A DNA stretch of 64,000 nucleotides from Octopus vulgaris (Eukaryota). The position numbers and the translations under genes are program-made. Each line of letters begins with the position of its first letter. Positions within the stretch are counted from its first letter, which is position 1. Location of the stretch: positions 120,652,001 through 120,716,000 of the forward strand of contig OX597816.1 of NCBI GenBank assembly GCA_951406725.2. The letters are read 5' to 3'. This document shows positions 38,776 to 52,785 of the stretch, piece by piece. Under the pieces are notes generated by a model. It searched no databases and had not been told where the DNA came from. It worked only from the letters and a program-made list of their open reading frames with translations.

Positions 38776-38917
38776 AATTAGTATCATGACAGACTGTACT
38801 ACTAGCTGAGAAAATTGAACTTTACATCCGGTTATATGAGCAACAAAAGCGTGCTCATATAGCCGGATGTGAAGTTCAATTTTTTCAAAAAATAGAACGT
38901 CTGTCATGATTCTAATT
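38776..38917. repeat. Foldback: 36-bp inner arms with a 9-nt loop, plus 19-bp outer arms
   Basis: 38807-38842 pairs with 38852-38887; aattagtatcatgacagac pairs with gtctgtcatgattctaatt. Confidence 0.9.
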
Positions 38918-39190
38918 GAACAGGTATACATGGAGACACAACTTGGTCCTTAAGGTTATCTTCAATGCTATAAAGAACCAAATTCGTCTGAACAACACTG
39001 AGAAGAAACCGTTGAAAATACCAACTAGAGATTTCGTTACCTTCGTGCGCTCCGGTCAGCGGATCCGTTTCAAGAAGAAGAAGAACAAGAAACTTCCTGT
39101 GAAAGATGAAAGTAGAACGGCTATTTGGAGGGGACTGCAGATTTACTTGGGTAAGGAAGTTTGCGGGCTGGAGACAAACATAATGATATG
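38916..39190 (+). mobile_element. HERO/NeSL-like RLE LINE fragment
   Basis: RYTWRHNLVL...FVRSG, the motif that follows the C-terminal CCHC finger in RLE LINEs. Confidence 0.7.
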
Positions 39191-39263
39191 AATGACAAAT
39201 GAAATGATGAAAAATGAGGGCAACAAGCAACGCCCGCCGATTGCTGTTTACCCGAAAACATTG

Positions 39264-40140
39264 TTTTTTTTTAATGGTTCATACTCGATGCAATAAACCT
39301 CTTACATTTTTTCTATACAAAAACCCTTTATGAAGCAATAAACCTCTTACACAGTTGAATTAAATACAATAATACAATGAAAAACAATAAAAGTGAGGCA
39401 CCAAGCCTCCCACTTTCATTATCAGTTACATGCTCTTCTATCCGACCAGGCTCCTCGCTTCTTCGAAGCATCTAGACGGTTCCAAGCCGGACCACTTTGC
39501 CATGTATCTAAAGGAGTCCCCTGGGAAGGAATTCACTATCCTGCACAGATCGGTTTCCCATATGACCTCCGCAGCCACCTGCGAAGGCCACTCAGGGTCC
39601 TCCGTGCAGGACAGAAGCTCCTCCCGCCGGCCTTTTCTTTCAAACTTCTTGACAAAGTTTTGTAATGTCCCTTCCTTGTGGAAGGGGACCACAAATTGCT
39701 CCTCCGGTGGAACTACTCCCACCGAAGGAGCTTCGGGACATGCCGCAGTGTGTCACAAACCGCCGGCAATGTCCCCGTTTTTCTTTTTTGTCTTCTTTTT
39801 CCTTTGAACCACGGGAGGGTGGTGTTCCTCTGCTTTGTCCAGCAGATCCTCCCTTCCTCCCTCAGCCTTCGGATCCTTCTGTGGGCAACCATTGTTGCCC
39901 ACCTTTCGTTTCTTTCCTTTTTTCGAGGAGGTTTCCACCGCGACTTCCTCCTTCTCTCCCTCCAACGAGGGAGCAGGTGGTGGTACTTCTATTAACTGCT
40001 CCAGGACCCTATTTTGTTCCTTGGGGCAGTTCTTCTTGATATGACCGGGTCCCATGCACAGGAGACACTTGGCGGGGCATATCCAGACATTTATCGTATT
40101 ATTAAACTTTCTCAGTAGAGTATGGTATTTTCCCATACGT
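39264..40140 (-). mobile_element. 5'-truncated retroelement with a gag/ORF1-like CCHC zinc knuckle, AT-rich 3' UTR and short A tail
   Basis: CLLCMGPGHIKKNC = CX2CX4HX4C, followed by a Lys/Glu/Pro-rich region; second frame 39438-39722; GC-rich island; A9 at 39264-39272 on the minus strand. Confidence 0.7.
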
Positions 40141-41341
40141 GTCAGACTTTAACGTGACTGAGAGATATGACGAGATAGAAAGATTTAACACTGTTGAGCG
40201 TGACTTTTGTAAAATGGACAAGCTAAGAAGGGTGTTTCGATATGGTTTCTCAATCTGATAGAAATATCAGTGAAATTTCTCGTGAATCATTGCCTAGCAT
40301 TTTCAAGAGGAAGTGCACATCAGATAATGCAGACTCAGATGCATTATGTCTGAATGACAGATGGAACCGTCTCGGTTGGAATGCCTTTGAAAATAGGTCT
40401 GCTGAATCATGGCTACCTGGGCGTGGCATGCTAAATAAGAACAGCAGCAGCAGCAGCAGTTACAACAACAACAACAACAACAACACCAACAACAACAGTA
40501 GCAATAGCAACAACATTGAAAGTGACTATGTTGCTGGCAGTTTTTAGATCCAATTGTTCCGAGAAACGAGAATGGTCTGTTGCATTATATGTTTGGTGTA
40601 TCTCGCTTTCTCGGGAAATATTTCTACTCGGTTTGATAACAACAAAATGATTTGTTAATTTTGTCTTAAATCACTATAAGGATTTCTTTCTTTCTTTCTT
40701 TCGCTTGTTCACCTGCTCGTATATCAATGAAATAGCCAGTAGAGATACCTCCTGCTTCTTCGATGTAAGTAGACATATCAATGTCTACAGGATTTTTATG
40801 CTTTACTTAATCTGTTGTTTTACTGGTTGGAAGGAAAACTGTTAATATCTCGATGTTATCAAATCTGAAACTTGGTCAAATTGCTTCTACAAAGTTGACT
40901 TTGCTAAAGTGCAGACAAGGAGAAATACATTAGTGCTAACAGGTAACTTGATAAGTCTACTATCCAGTATAAAAGTTATATTTGGTATCATTTATCAGAA
41001 GTGCATACTTCTGTACACAGCTTTAGGCTGAAAATTGTTCTTACAATTGTTTTAGAGTGTTGTTTCTTTTCAAAACATTTCACTATTAAGTTCAACTATG
41101 TGACTGTGAGGTGTCGTAGGTAGAGTTCTGGTGTAGAAAGGTAATAAAATGTTGATTAATCCCAAGTTAGCTTTTCAGACAAGACCCTCACATCTTTTAT
41201 TTAAACATGGTATATTTACGATTAATCAATGTTTGCTTCCGTTTTCATTATGGTAGGTTGTGATGTGAAATAAATTTAACTGCTATTTTTAGTACGTCGA
41301 ATGACTGCAAAAAGATTGTCTCGTTAACTCGTACAAGAACT

Positions 41342-42582
41342 TATTAAGAACAGAAAATTCTTACCATTTTTAAGCGCAATAAATGATAAATTTTAAACAT
41401 ACTCTCATCTTTGTTCATTAATGTAATTTCCATTGTTTTCTATGCCTCCTAGCAGGCAATTTAAATATTCCATAGGCACAAAACTGAGATGCTTTTAAGG
41501 AAAAGAAGTAAATTTAAGTGGGTTTTGACACCATCAAAATCATTAAATGATTTTCCTTTTGAAGAGTTCTGAAGAGACTTAAACAAATGATAGTCAGATG
41601 GCGCAATGTCAGGGGAGTATGGTGGATGAGGCAAGGGATCCCACCCAAGTTCATGCGACGTTGTTCGGGTAGACAAAGACACATGTGGTCGGGCATTGTC
41701 CTGGTGGAACACAACTGCTTTCTTTTTGTAGAGCGCTGGTTCCAATTCCTTGATCTTTTGATTCAAATTTGCTAGCTAATGGCAGTAGAATCAGAATTGT
41801 TGATCTCATTTTGTGAGAATAGCTCAGTAAATAATACCTTCGAAACCCCACCAGACAAAGCATGACTTTTTTTTAATAAATATTCTGCTTTGGAAGCAAA
41901 TTTCAAGGATCCTCGCGCAAACTCCAGAATCTTTTTCTCACCATATTATCGTAAGTAATCCATTTTTCATCTCCAATTATCAGTTACTTCAAGAAAGGCT
42001 TGTTTTCATTGTGTTTCAGAAGCATATCACAGATGGAATACAGGTCCAAGCAGTTTTGTTCTGACAGTTTGTGAGGCACCCAAACATAATAGCGAGGAAC
42101 ATACCCAATTTTTGCCAAGTGTTCATGAATGGTACTTGTGGAAACCTCCAGCTTCTCTGCAAGTTCTCTAGTCGTAATATTCGAGTTTTTTCTTCAATGC
42201 TTACCTTCAAAATATTCCACAGTGATTGTCATTTTCAAGCTGAACTCACCACGTCTAAATTTTGCAAGCCATCTTCGAACTTTTGAATCGCTTACAGCAT
42301 CTTCGCCATAAACTCCACAAATTATTTTACACGTTTCCGTAGTATTTTCACCATTTTTTTAAGAAGAAAAGCATTATGTGGCTAATATACAACTTTCGGT
42401 TATCCGTTTCAAATGGTAATTAGGGTTGAAAGGAGTAAAACGTATGCTGATTCTTAACGTAGAGCTTAGCCGATGGGCTTCAATACTGCAAGCAATTCTG
42501 AAATATGAATCATTAGGATTGTTGTATGAAGGGCTAAAAGACACAAATCTTGAAATCGCTCCGAACTTTCCGGACAACCTAA
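41342..42582 (-). mobile_element. Degenerate near-full-length mariner (Mos1/SETMAR-like transposase pseudogene)
   Basis: HQDNARPH...LPHPPYSPDIAPSDYHLF, WVPHKL near 42075, 5' TIR ta-ttaggttgtccggaaagttc; the other TIR is degenerate. Confidence 0.92.
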
Positions 42583-44995
42583 TATGAACGTTGCAGGTTT
42601 TGGCGAGTGTTATTTTTGTTACTATTGCTTTTGTATAACCCAAGGTTAGCCCAGATCGAGCAGATCTGCGATTGGAAGCAATCCAAACGTAAATATCCCA
42701 TGTTTTTTTATTTTTAATCTATGACTACGTTACCTAATGTATCTCTCAATTTTCAATCAAGATAGTAGAATGTAATTTGAGAAAATTTGGATATTATTTA
42801 TTGCAGATCAAATAACTACGCGTAAGCTCTCTCATTTGGCAAAGATGGCAAGCGTTGTTAATGTAGTTAGAAATGTGAATGAGTGAATATACATACAGCA
42901 GTTTGTGACGTTGTAATTAATTTGGAACATCTGCCAGAGGTTAAGCATCTCATATAACTAAATAATTTCTAACATTCATATTATAATCTGTATGCTGGTT
43001 TTATTAAAAGGTCCACAATTGCTGAAATCCTTTCTAGCTGTTATTTAGAAATGTCTTAAAGGGAAGCTCTTGTTATTTGTATAGTGTGGCAAAATTATAT
43101 CATTATACTGCATGTTTGGTGACTTAACCAGTGATGGTCTTAATTGAATAATACAAAAAGTGGATTAATACTGAAATTAGGTATTTCGTATAGATAGATG
43201 TGAATAGGATGAATGGAACGAGATTTTAGCTGAGCTGCGCCAATAAAAACTTTCAAGCATTAAATTAAATTAAATATTGGCAAGCAGATATACGATAAAT
43301 CATTCGGGAACGATGTTCATCGAAAGTTAATAGTTAGGATCGCATTGATTTCTTTTAGACCTACTAATTTATGGAATACTTATGGTTTGATTGCATCGGC
43401 TACTATATAGCTTTTATTCTATCGACTTCCCATCTCCACTGCACGCCAATAGGAAGAAAGGCTGATAGCGAATTCGGCAAGGTTTAAATTCATGATGTAA
43501 GTGGTCTTAACTGAATACTGTAAGGCATTTAATTTGGCAATCTACCGTTTCTTTCTAGGCGGCGATTTGCCTCAGTCGATAGGGCAGCAAGCAAAATGCT
43601 TTGCTACATTTATAGTGGCTCTTTGCATTCTGATTTCAAATTCGGCTGAGGTCAACTTCGCATTTCATCCTTCTGGGTTTGATCAAATAAAGTACCCATC
43701 TAGAAGTTTGAACTGGTGGAATAGATAATGCATCAGATGAGATGTTTTGTTGTATTTATTACGGCTTTTTCCTTTCTAAGTTAAAATCTCATCGCTCGCT
43801 TAGCACCACCAGCTGGCTTTTGTGTACCTTTAACATAAGAGTCCGCTCTGTTTCTAGCATTCGAGCCGGATCTCTGGTCTGAAGCTACCATCCTTCTTCC
43901 CTTCCACTAGTCTCAGAAGTCATAAAAAATTATGGGCAGGGCCCTTCCTCCTGACTAAGTGTTAAAAAAAGCTAAATCACTGAAGAGTCAGCAATGCATT
44001 TCATACTCATGCAAAAAAAATTCATATTTATGGAAGAACATAAGATAGCGTGATTTTATACATTTCTCAAAAACATTAGCGGTATAAGTGAAGTGAATGT
44101 ACTTCAATCAGGAATCATCGAAATCACAGAACAAATTTATGTCAAAATAAATACCTGGATAGCAGAATCGATAGAGTGTCAGACACAACTCCTAAAAATA
44201 TTTTATTATAGGTTGCTGATTTTGTCTTCCAGTGTTATTGAGGCGATAGAATATAAACTAGAAAAGTGTTGGTATCTACTTATTCGGCTGCATTACAAGA
44301 ACGAAATTTATAGACATTGTGTTTATGCTATAAAAGTCCTGATATTAATTAATACCTAAAACTTGCTTATACTTAATATAACTAATTTGTTGTCTGTGTT
44401 TGTTTCACGGAAAGAAATATTTGTTTGAAGAGGGAAAAGATTTAGTCGTGTGAATTATATGCCTGCTTATTTATTCAGTTGTTTTATAGGACATTTCTTT
44501 TACTGCTTCGATAGTAAAGTATGTATTATATATTAGGACTTTTCGTTTTCTTTTTATAGGATTTGTAAATAGAAGATTCAAAGTTGACGTCAAGGAAGTT
44601 AACTGTTTAAGATGTGTGGCAGCTATAACAGAATATCCATGCACTTGGATTCTCTGTTTGTAAATAAGAGCTATAATTTTCGTAAATCTGTTTTTTTTAA
44701 TTTTTTAATTTTATTTTATTTATTTTTTTGTGCGTTGACGTTTCTGAGAAGTATCTATCAGGTTACCTCTACAGAGATCACTTGACAGAATGAAGAATTT
44801 TGTGTGTACGACAATGTCGCTAACCTCTTTGATCTCATGCTAACATCAAATGATTCTTTAGAGTTTTTCTTAATACAATCATATAGTTCCGGGTTCAGTT
44901 CCACTCTATGATACCTTTGGCAAGTAGCTTCTACCATAACCTCGGGTCTACGAAAACCTTGTGAATGGATTTGGTAAACGGAAACTGAAGGAAGG

Positions 44996-45034
<39 letters not shown>

Positions 45035-45065
45035 TTATCTATCTATATATCTATTATTCTATCTA

Positions 45066-45450
45066 TATTCTTTTATTCTTTTACTTGCTTCAGTCATTTG
45101 ACTGCGGCCATGCTGGATCACCGCCTTTAGTCGAACAAATTGACCCCAAGACTTATTCGTTGTAAGCCTGGTACTTATTCTATCGGTTTTCTTTTTCCTC
45201 TAGGTTACGGGGACGTAAACACACCAACATCGGTTGTCAAGCGATGGCTGAGGACAAACGCACAAATATATATATATATATATGTACGACGGGCTTCTTT
45301 TAGTTTCCTTCTACCAAATCCACTCACAAGACTTTGGTCGGTCCGAGGCTATAGTAGAAAATACTTGTCCAAAGTGCCACATAGTGGGACTGTACCCGGA
45401 ACCATGAGGTTGGGAAGAAAGCTTCTTACCACACAACCACGTCTGCGCCT
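45066..45450 (-). mobile_element. CORE-like SINE, lying between an oppositely oriented head (44875-44995) and tail (45530-45790) of the same family
   Basis: Homology to the 30292 copy in both orientations. Confidence 0.85.
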
Positions 45451-45898
45451 ACTTGCTTCAATCATTAGACTACATCCATGTTGGACACCGGCTTGAACAA
45501 TTGTTAGTCGAATGACACGACCTCCAGTACTTATGTGTCTGTGAAAGTGTGTGTGCGCGCGCCCATGTGCACTTGTCTTTGTGTCTGTGTTTGACCTCCA
45601 CCACCACTTGACAACCGGTGTTCGTGTGTTAACGTTCCCATAACTTAGCAGGTTAGCGAAAGAGACCGATAGAATAAGTACCGGATTTAAATAAATATAA
45701 GTTCTGGGGTCGATTCGTTCGGCTAAAATTCTACCCAGCACTGCTGCACACTGATAACTGAAACAAGTAAAAGATAAAAGATAAGGATAGATACTGTGTA
45801 GAACAGTATAACATGTGTGTGTATATAATTAAAATTATATAATAATGATTTATTTTATTTGCCACCAGGGCGATAATAATATAATGATATATAATATA

Positions 45899-45938
<40 letters not shown>

Positions 45939-46540
45939 GTGTATATTTGTATATATCTATCCATAGGTATGTCTCCCTTTTTCCATACATACATACATAC
46001 ATAACTACATGCATACATACATACATACACACATACATACATACATACATACATACATACATACATACATACATACATACATACATACATACATACGTAT
46101 CAGCTATTAGTAAGTCACCCTGTTGTATTACGATTATATAAATTTGTTTCTGATGGCTAGAAACCTACTTCTTGCTCGCCAAACTAACTCACGAAATGTA
46201 CAATATACGTAGAAAAATTAATATAATATAAATTAATATTCATTCTTGGCAAATTTGATATTTTGTCTTTCCTTCTAGTTTTACATTTTTGACAAGTCAT
46301 ATGTTCTGTTTTATTCTACGTTTAGAATTTTTATATTTCTAGAAAATTTTAAATGCGTCTTATCTGCTATTATATAATATTTCGCCTTAAAGCTTGAATC
46401 AGAGAATTTTATATATTTACGAAGCATTACGAAACGGAGAAAAATAAGAAAGATAAGCATTATTATAAGGAGTGTATGTGTAAATGTAAATAACAAAATC
46501 ATATTGATTTTTTAAAAAAATGTTATTATTAGAAATAATA

Positions 46541-46750
46541 AAGGTGTGGATTGGCAGAATCGTTAGCATGCCGGACAAAATGCTTAGCGGCATGTTTTCC
46601 GGTTTTACGTTCTGAGTCAGATTCTGCTAAGATCGATTTTGCTTTTCATTCTTTCGGAATTGATAAAATTGAGCATTAGGGGGTGGCGATGCAATTGGCT
46701 ATTCCCCTCCCCCAAAACTGCAGGCCTTGTGCCTATAGTAGAAGAATTAT
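46541..46750 (+). mobile_element. Nin-domain-type SINE
   Basis: tggcagaatcgttagc...ttctgagt...ttttcattctttcgg...ggccttgtgcctatagtagaa. Confidence 0.8.
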
Positions 46751-48088
46751 TAGAACTGATGTGTCACTAGAAATTCGATCTTCGAATTTAGATATTCGCA
46801 TATCTAATCATAAACATATCTTAATTCTTTTCTAGACGATCTCTTAAGTTTAGACGTCATAGGGTAAAACCAAATGAAATCCTTGGTATACAAAAAAAAA
46901 ACGGAAAAGGAAAAAGTGCCAGATTGTCACAGCTAGAAGGTTTTAAATCACACTTCTACTCGTTCAAGGCTAATCTGGGCTAAACACCAACATCAACCAC
47001 ATTCTTTCCCAGTTAAATACAATATCTTTATGAGAAGCACCAACCAAGAAGTACAACCTAGAAAACAATCTAAAATGTAAAAATATCAATGAAAACCTAA
47101 TAGTTCTAAAACATCGGTATCGATCGATTCGAATGAATCGTCTATTTCTTTTGGCGATTGGCTACTTCGATTCCACATCTTTGGTAAGTGATTTCCTAAG
47201 CTTAGTGATAAGAAATAATGATACGTTTGCCTAGTACTAAAACTACTTATTAAAGAACATTTCCACCCCACCCTTTTATTGTATTGCAATTGCTCCAGAT
47301 GGGTCAGTTTAAACATGAATGGGGAACCTATTTAATAAATACAGTTTCTATTTTCTTGTGAAGAAATAATGGCTAAATATCTGAAATAAATACAATATAA
47401 TTACCGCAATGAAGTTTACATTTAACAAGCTGTTTGTCCAAGCACATGCTTGATTGCGCAATTTACTCAGATATAAAAGTTTACAATTATGTATCTTCAT
47501 CGTTCATTAATTGCAGTGCGAAATGTGCCTATTACACAGTATATGCATATTCCGTGTGTTGGAGAATATAGCAGAAAAATGGTCATTAACAATCGCTCTG
47601 TTCGTAAGTTTACATGAATTTTGTTGTGTACTTCTGAAAATCAGACCCATCACCACGACAACGAAAGCCACCACTACAATTCTCTGTGAAATAATTAAAT
47701 GCTGTACGCAGTATACATGAATGAGATAAATTATATTGCAGATAATAATTTTCTTATCCAGAAAATGTATTTTGCATTTTATTCTCTTTTTTCTCAATTT
47801 TATACTTAGTTTGTCTAAAATTTTGTATTTCGTTTATCACATTAAGTTTTGAAGTTCTCTCATCTTAAATGCATTTAAAAAAAACACTTTTACTTTAAAT
47901 CTAATTTACAATATTCGCCATCTTTTCATTTTCGTTAATGCACCATAACAAAAGTTGAACGCTGTGACATTCACTTCTTGGCCAAGAATTTCAACGAGGA
48001 ATCAAATAGGAATCGCGGGTTCGATTGTCGGAGCTTCACAGATACTGTCCGCTTTGATGCTGATAATTCGGTATCTGGGATATTTATT

Positions 48089-48747
48089 TACCTTTTGACC
48101 TACAGATTTAAAAAATGATTTTTTTGTAGCTAAACACTTTCAAACTTCGGACACTGGTAGAATGTGTCATATAAAACATGTTTTACTCTTAGCATTTTTG
48201 AGAATAACTTATTTTTACGAAGTTATTTCACCTTAAAGTTCTCGTATTCGGTAATTTCAACCAATCAATGACGTGTATTCAGCTGAATAAAATTACTGTT
48301 GTTATTTGTCAACAACAACTATCGGGGATGTATATTTCATTTGTCACTGTTATTTATGACATAGGGTTTTAGGGTTAGGGTTAGGGTTTTAGGGTTAGGG
48401 TTAGGGCTTTAGGGCTAAGGTTTTAGGGTTAGGGTTTTAGGGTTAGGGTTTTAGGGTTAGGGTTTAGGGTTAGGGTTGTCATAAATAACAGTGACGAACG
48501 AAATATACACCGCCGGAAGTTCTTGTTGACAAACAACAGCAGTAATTTTATTCAGCTGAATACACGTCATTGACTGGTTGAAATTACCGAAATACGAGAA
48601 CTTTAAGTTGAAATAACTTCGTAAAGATAAGTTTTTCTCAAAAATGCTAAGAGTAAAACATGTTTTATATGACACATTTTACCAGTGTCCGAAGTTTGAA
48701 AGTATTTAGTTACAAAAAATTTTTTTTAATCTTTAGGTCAAAAGGTA
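48089..48747. mobile_element. Long-TIR foldback element (~270-bp arms) with a telomeric-repeat core
   Basis: taccttttgaccta...gttatttatgaca (48089-48361) pairs with tgtcataaataac...taggtcaaaaggta (48477-48747). Confidence 0.92.
48362..48477 (+). repeat. Interstitial telomeric-like array of mixed TTAGGG and TTTTAGGG units
   Basis: About 17 units seen directly. Confidence 0.95.
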
Positions 48748-48844
48748 CAGATCCGGTATCTATTTTATGAATACATTTCCCAGCGAAGGTACTGTAGTAA
48801 ACAACAACAACGACGACGACGACAATCACAACAACAATAACAAA

Positions 48845-49031
48845 CTTTTCTACTATAGGCACAAGGCCTAAAATTTGTGGGAGGGGGCTAGTCAATTACT
48901 TCGACCCAAGTACTCTAACTGGTACTTAATTTATCGGCCTCAGCAGTATTTGAACTCAGAACGTGCAGACGAACGAAATACCGCTAAGAATTTCGCCCGG
49001 CGTGCTAACGATTCTGCCAGCACGCAGCCTT

Positions 49032-49115
<84 letters not shown>

Positions 49116-49136
49116 GTGATGATGATGATGATGATG

Positions 49137-49198
<62 letters not shown>

Positions 49199-49827
49199 TA
49201 CAAACCCCCGGTAGACAATATCTTCAGTCAACAAACTCACTATATTGTATACTGTGCGACGTCTATAACAATAATAATAATGATAAGGGTGTCAAATTTT
49301 TGGTACAAAACCAGCAAACTTAGGGGTAGTGTAAGTCGATTACGTCGATCCCAGAGCACAACTAATACTTATTTTATCGATCCCGAAAGGATGAAAGACA
49401 ATGCTGACTTCAGTGAAATTTGAACTCAGGACGTAAAGACAGAAGAAATGCTGTTAAACATTTTATATAGCGTACTGATATTTTAGGAACAAGGCCGGCA
49501 ATTTTGAGGGAAGGGATTTAGTTGATTACATCGACCCAGTTGTTGACTGGTACTTTGTTTTTTTTATCCTAGGAGAAAGGTAAAGTTAATTTCGATTGGA
49601 TTTGAACACTGAACAAGAAGACCCAGCAGAAATATCGACTTGCCGGACGCTCTAATAATTCTGTCAATTCACCGTTTTAAATTGTTTCATATTATATCGA
49701 TCCGGAAGGATAAAAAAGCAAGGTTAATCCCGGAAGGATTCGAACTCGGTTTCTAAAAAGCCAGAACAAATACTTCGTTGACATTTTGTCCAATATCCCC
49801 GCCCCCGTAATAATAATAATAATAATG

Positions 49828-49861
<34 letters not shown>

Positions 49862-49950
49862 TAATAATGATAATAATAATGATGATAATAATAATAATAA
49901 TAATGATGATGATGATGATGATGATAATAATAATGATGATGATGATGATA

Positions 49951-49997
<47 letters not shown>

Positions 49998-50073
49998 TTG
50001 GTGGTTTGGTGGTGGTGGTGGTGGTGGTGGTGGTGGTGGTGATGGTGATGATGATGATGATGATGATGATGAT
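48845..50073 (-). mobile_element. Cluster of Nin-domain-type SINEs interleaved with (TAA)n/(GAT)n/(GGT)n trinucleotide tracts
   Basis: SINE copies at ~48845-49031, 49288-49470 and 49480-49676; tracts at 49033-49199 and 49808-50073. Confidence 0.8.
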
Positions 50074-52699
50074 ATAGGAATAAATATAAGATTGTTTCAA
50101 ATAGCAAATATGATTCTGCTATGTACACGTATGATGCAAATATTCTATTATTTATATAAATCCTCGGGACAGACGTTAAATTTGCCAATGCATTTAAACA
50201 TGGTTTGATCTTTAGAGAACCATATTTGACAAAAGAGAAATTATTTTCAGACTATTAGTCTGCGTTTGCGAAAATACAAAGCAGCAACATAATCGAAACA
50301 TGAAAAGAAATCATTCGCCTCTATAACAACAGGAATGCAAGTGTTAAATGCTTCGTGAAAATCCTTGCAAATCGTTTGGCGTCCGCTGGAAATAGCATTT
50401 GGTTCAGTTTCTCCATTTTTGATTAGGCCTTCTAACAGTGGGCGAGGAAAGAACCAAAGAGTTGTTGGGTACTTCAGTCCAGTTAAACGTAGAAGTATGG
50501 TAAATTACACAACATAATGTTATGTCTCGCTGGTTTAAAAGATCATTGTCAATATGTCACTTAAAAGTGATTGTTTAGTATGAATCACTTTACATGAACT
50601 GATATGACTTGAAACTCTCGAGTCACGCTTCACCTACAACTAACTGGTTACAAGCAATTTATATATTTCTTCTGTATACGTCTTCATTGTGGTGAGACGA
50701 CTTTTGTTCAATTTTAAACCCACTTATTTATCTTCGAACAATACTATATGGTAAGAAGCTTTCAAATATTAGTTCAAAAATATTGACGTTTCGTCTGCTG
50801 CCGTACCGAGATTTTATATTTATATTTAGTTTCAAAACATTGTGATTTTATATTTAAGTTAATTTTCACTTCACTGAGAGTTTGTTATTTTAGATTAAGT
50901 TGCTATTTTTACATTGCATTGTGTTGCATTAATACTAATGTCGTGATAACGCAAATTTAGATCAATTTGTTAGATTTGTATTGTCGTGATTTCTAGTTAA
51001 AAGCTAAATGCAATTATAAGAAAAGTTTTTCCTTGTCAGTGGAGGCAATTGAAGACACTCGCAGCATTACTGCAAATGACTACGAAACTAAAACATTGGG
51101 ACAGCTATATACACTCCACGGTCGTCATGTGACTCTGTATTCAGACAAGATACCATAGAAATCAAGCACTTCGTGATCAACAGTCCAGCTCCTTCAAATT
51201 TCTCAAATGCTGCAATTTAACTGCAATTCGTGACAGCTTATGGTTTTTAGATTAAATTTTACATAACCACATTTCCTTGATACAAGTACCACAAACCATG
51301 ATTTTAGATTAAGCTGCTATTTTAGAATTACTGTCAATGAGATCAGAAGTGTAAACTTGCAGCCTTCTAAGGGTCTAAATGGGGTTTTCTGAAAGGGGTA
51401 AAATTATTATACTGGAAAATATTTTCGTTGCTTAAATGAGATTCAAAGCCTATATTTTCAGCTAATTCTGAGTTTTAGAAACAATCATATTTCTTAATCT
51501 ATACTTGTAATTACATTCGAAAAATGTGAATGTGAACTGCAGCCAAGCACAAGCATTGATTTATCACTACATATGTCTTTTAGACACTGCCGTAGGTATT
51601 TTTATATTTAATCACTCTTAGCCACGAGAAAAAAATTGTAGTTTGTTAAACTGTTTACACATTTTTAGAATTTATATGAACAAGTATTTTTTACAGAACA
51701 AATGTCTTTTCGCAGTATAAAATATTTATAATGCTACTTTGACACAACAAAGTTAACATAGAAAGGTTTGTTGCTTCTGTTTTAGATAATAATGATACAA
51801 GTACATGATACTATAATTTCATATTTAGTTGTTATTATTATATTGCAGCAACTTTAGATAATAACGTCAGGATACAACGATTTTTACATTGCTGTGATAT
51901 GTCATACGAAACGTCAAACGGTCAACAACTTCGTGGTTGGCAGCCCATATTGTGGTTATCATTTCAGATGATAAGGATACTAGCGTAGCGTTACAGAGAT
52001 TGCACAATCAGGAGAATAAAAAGTAATTAAGATCAATAAAACATTAATTCTAACATTGCATAGTAAAAAATCATCGAGCCAATATATTAGAGCAAAACAG
52101 GAACTCATTTAAAAAAGAAATGATTGATAGATTCACATAAACACATTAAAAATGTGAAAGACAGATGTAGACAAGATCCAAGACGTGTGGAGTTATTAAT
52201 TCATAATAGCTCTTTTATGATGCGGGAAACATAAAACATTTATAATAATGCATTCACTATTTCTTTTGCAACTCATTTTTTTATATCGTAATTTTTATGA
52301 CTTAAGGTCACAAGAACATGCGATAAATTCTCCAGTTTTCATTCAAGAAAGCCCGTGGACATTTTGCTCACAAATATTAATTTTCCTATAAATAAGACAG
52401 TTCTTATCATGTGTGTGATTAATTTAAAGAACCCTTGTAAAAAAATCTTGATTTTTTTTTGCAACTACTCGCGTCTTCACTTACTTATGCACTCAGACAC
52501 ATAGACACACCACATACATATGTACAAACGAACACGCACAAACATGCAGACAAACACACACGCACAAACACACACGCACAAACTGCACACATACACACAC
52601 ACAAACATACATACATATATGACAAGTGTATGTTTATTTATACTATATATAACTATACATATATACATACACATGTATGTCAGAGTATGCATGTGTATG

Positions 52700-52785
<86 letters not shown>

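Noticed and set aside
40242-40547. 101-aa ORF ending in poly-S/poly-N
   Set aside because: Its 3' part is a (CAG)n(CAA)n repeat; no domain or splice support
43790-43995. GC-richer segment resembling a reversed RTE 5' UTR, which could hold an HDV-like ribozyme
   Set aside because: I could not build the nested double pseudoknot or find an adjoining ORF
47086-47350. Possible Tc1-like catalytic-domain remnant
   Set aside because: No intact WP..SPDL motif; similarity too weak
48362-48477. True chromosome end or telomere fusion site
   Set aside because: Short single-orientation array enclosed by inverted arms, with ordinary DNA on both sides
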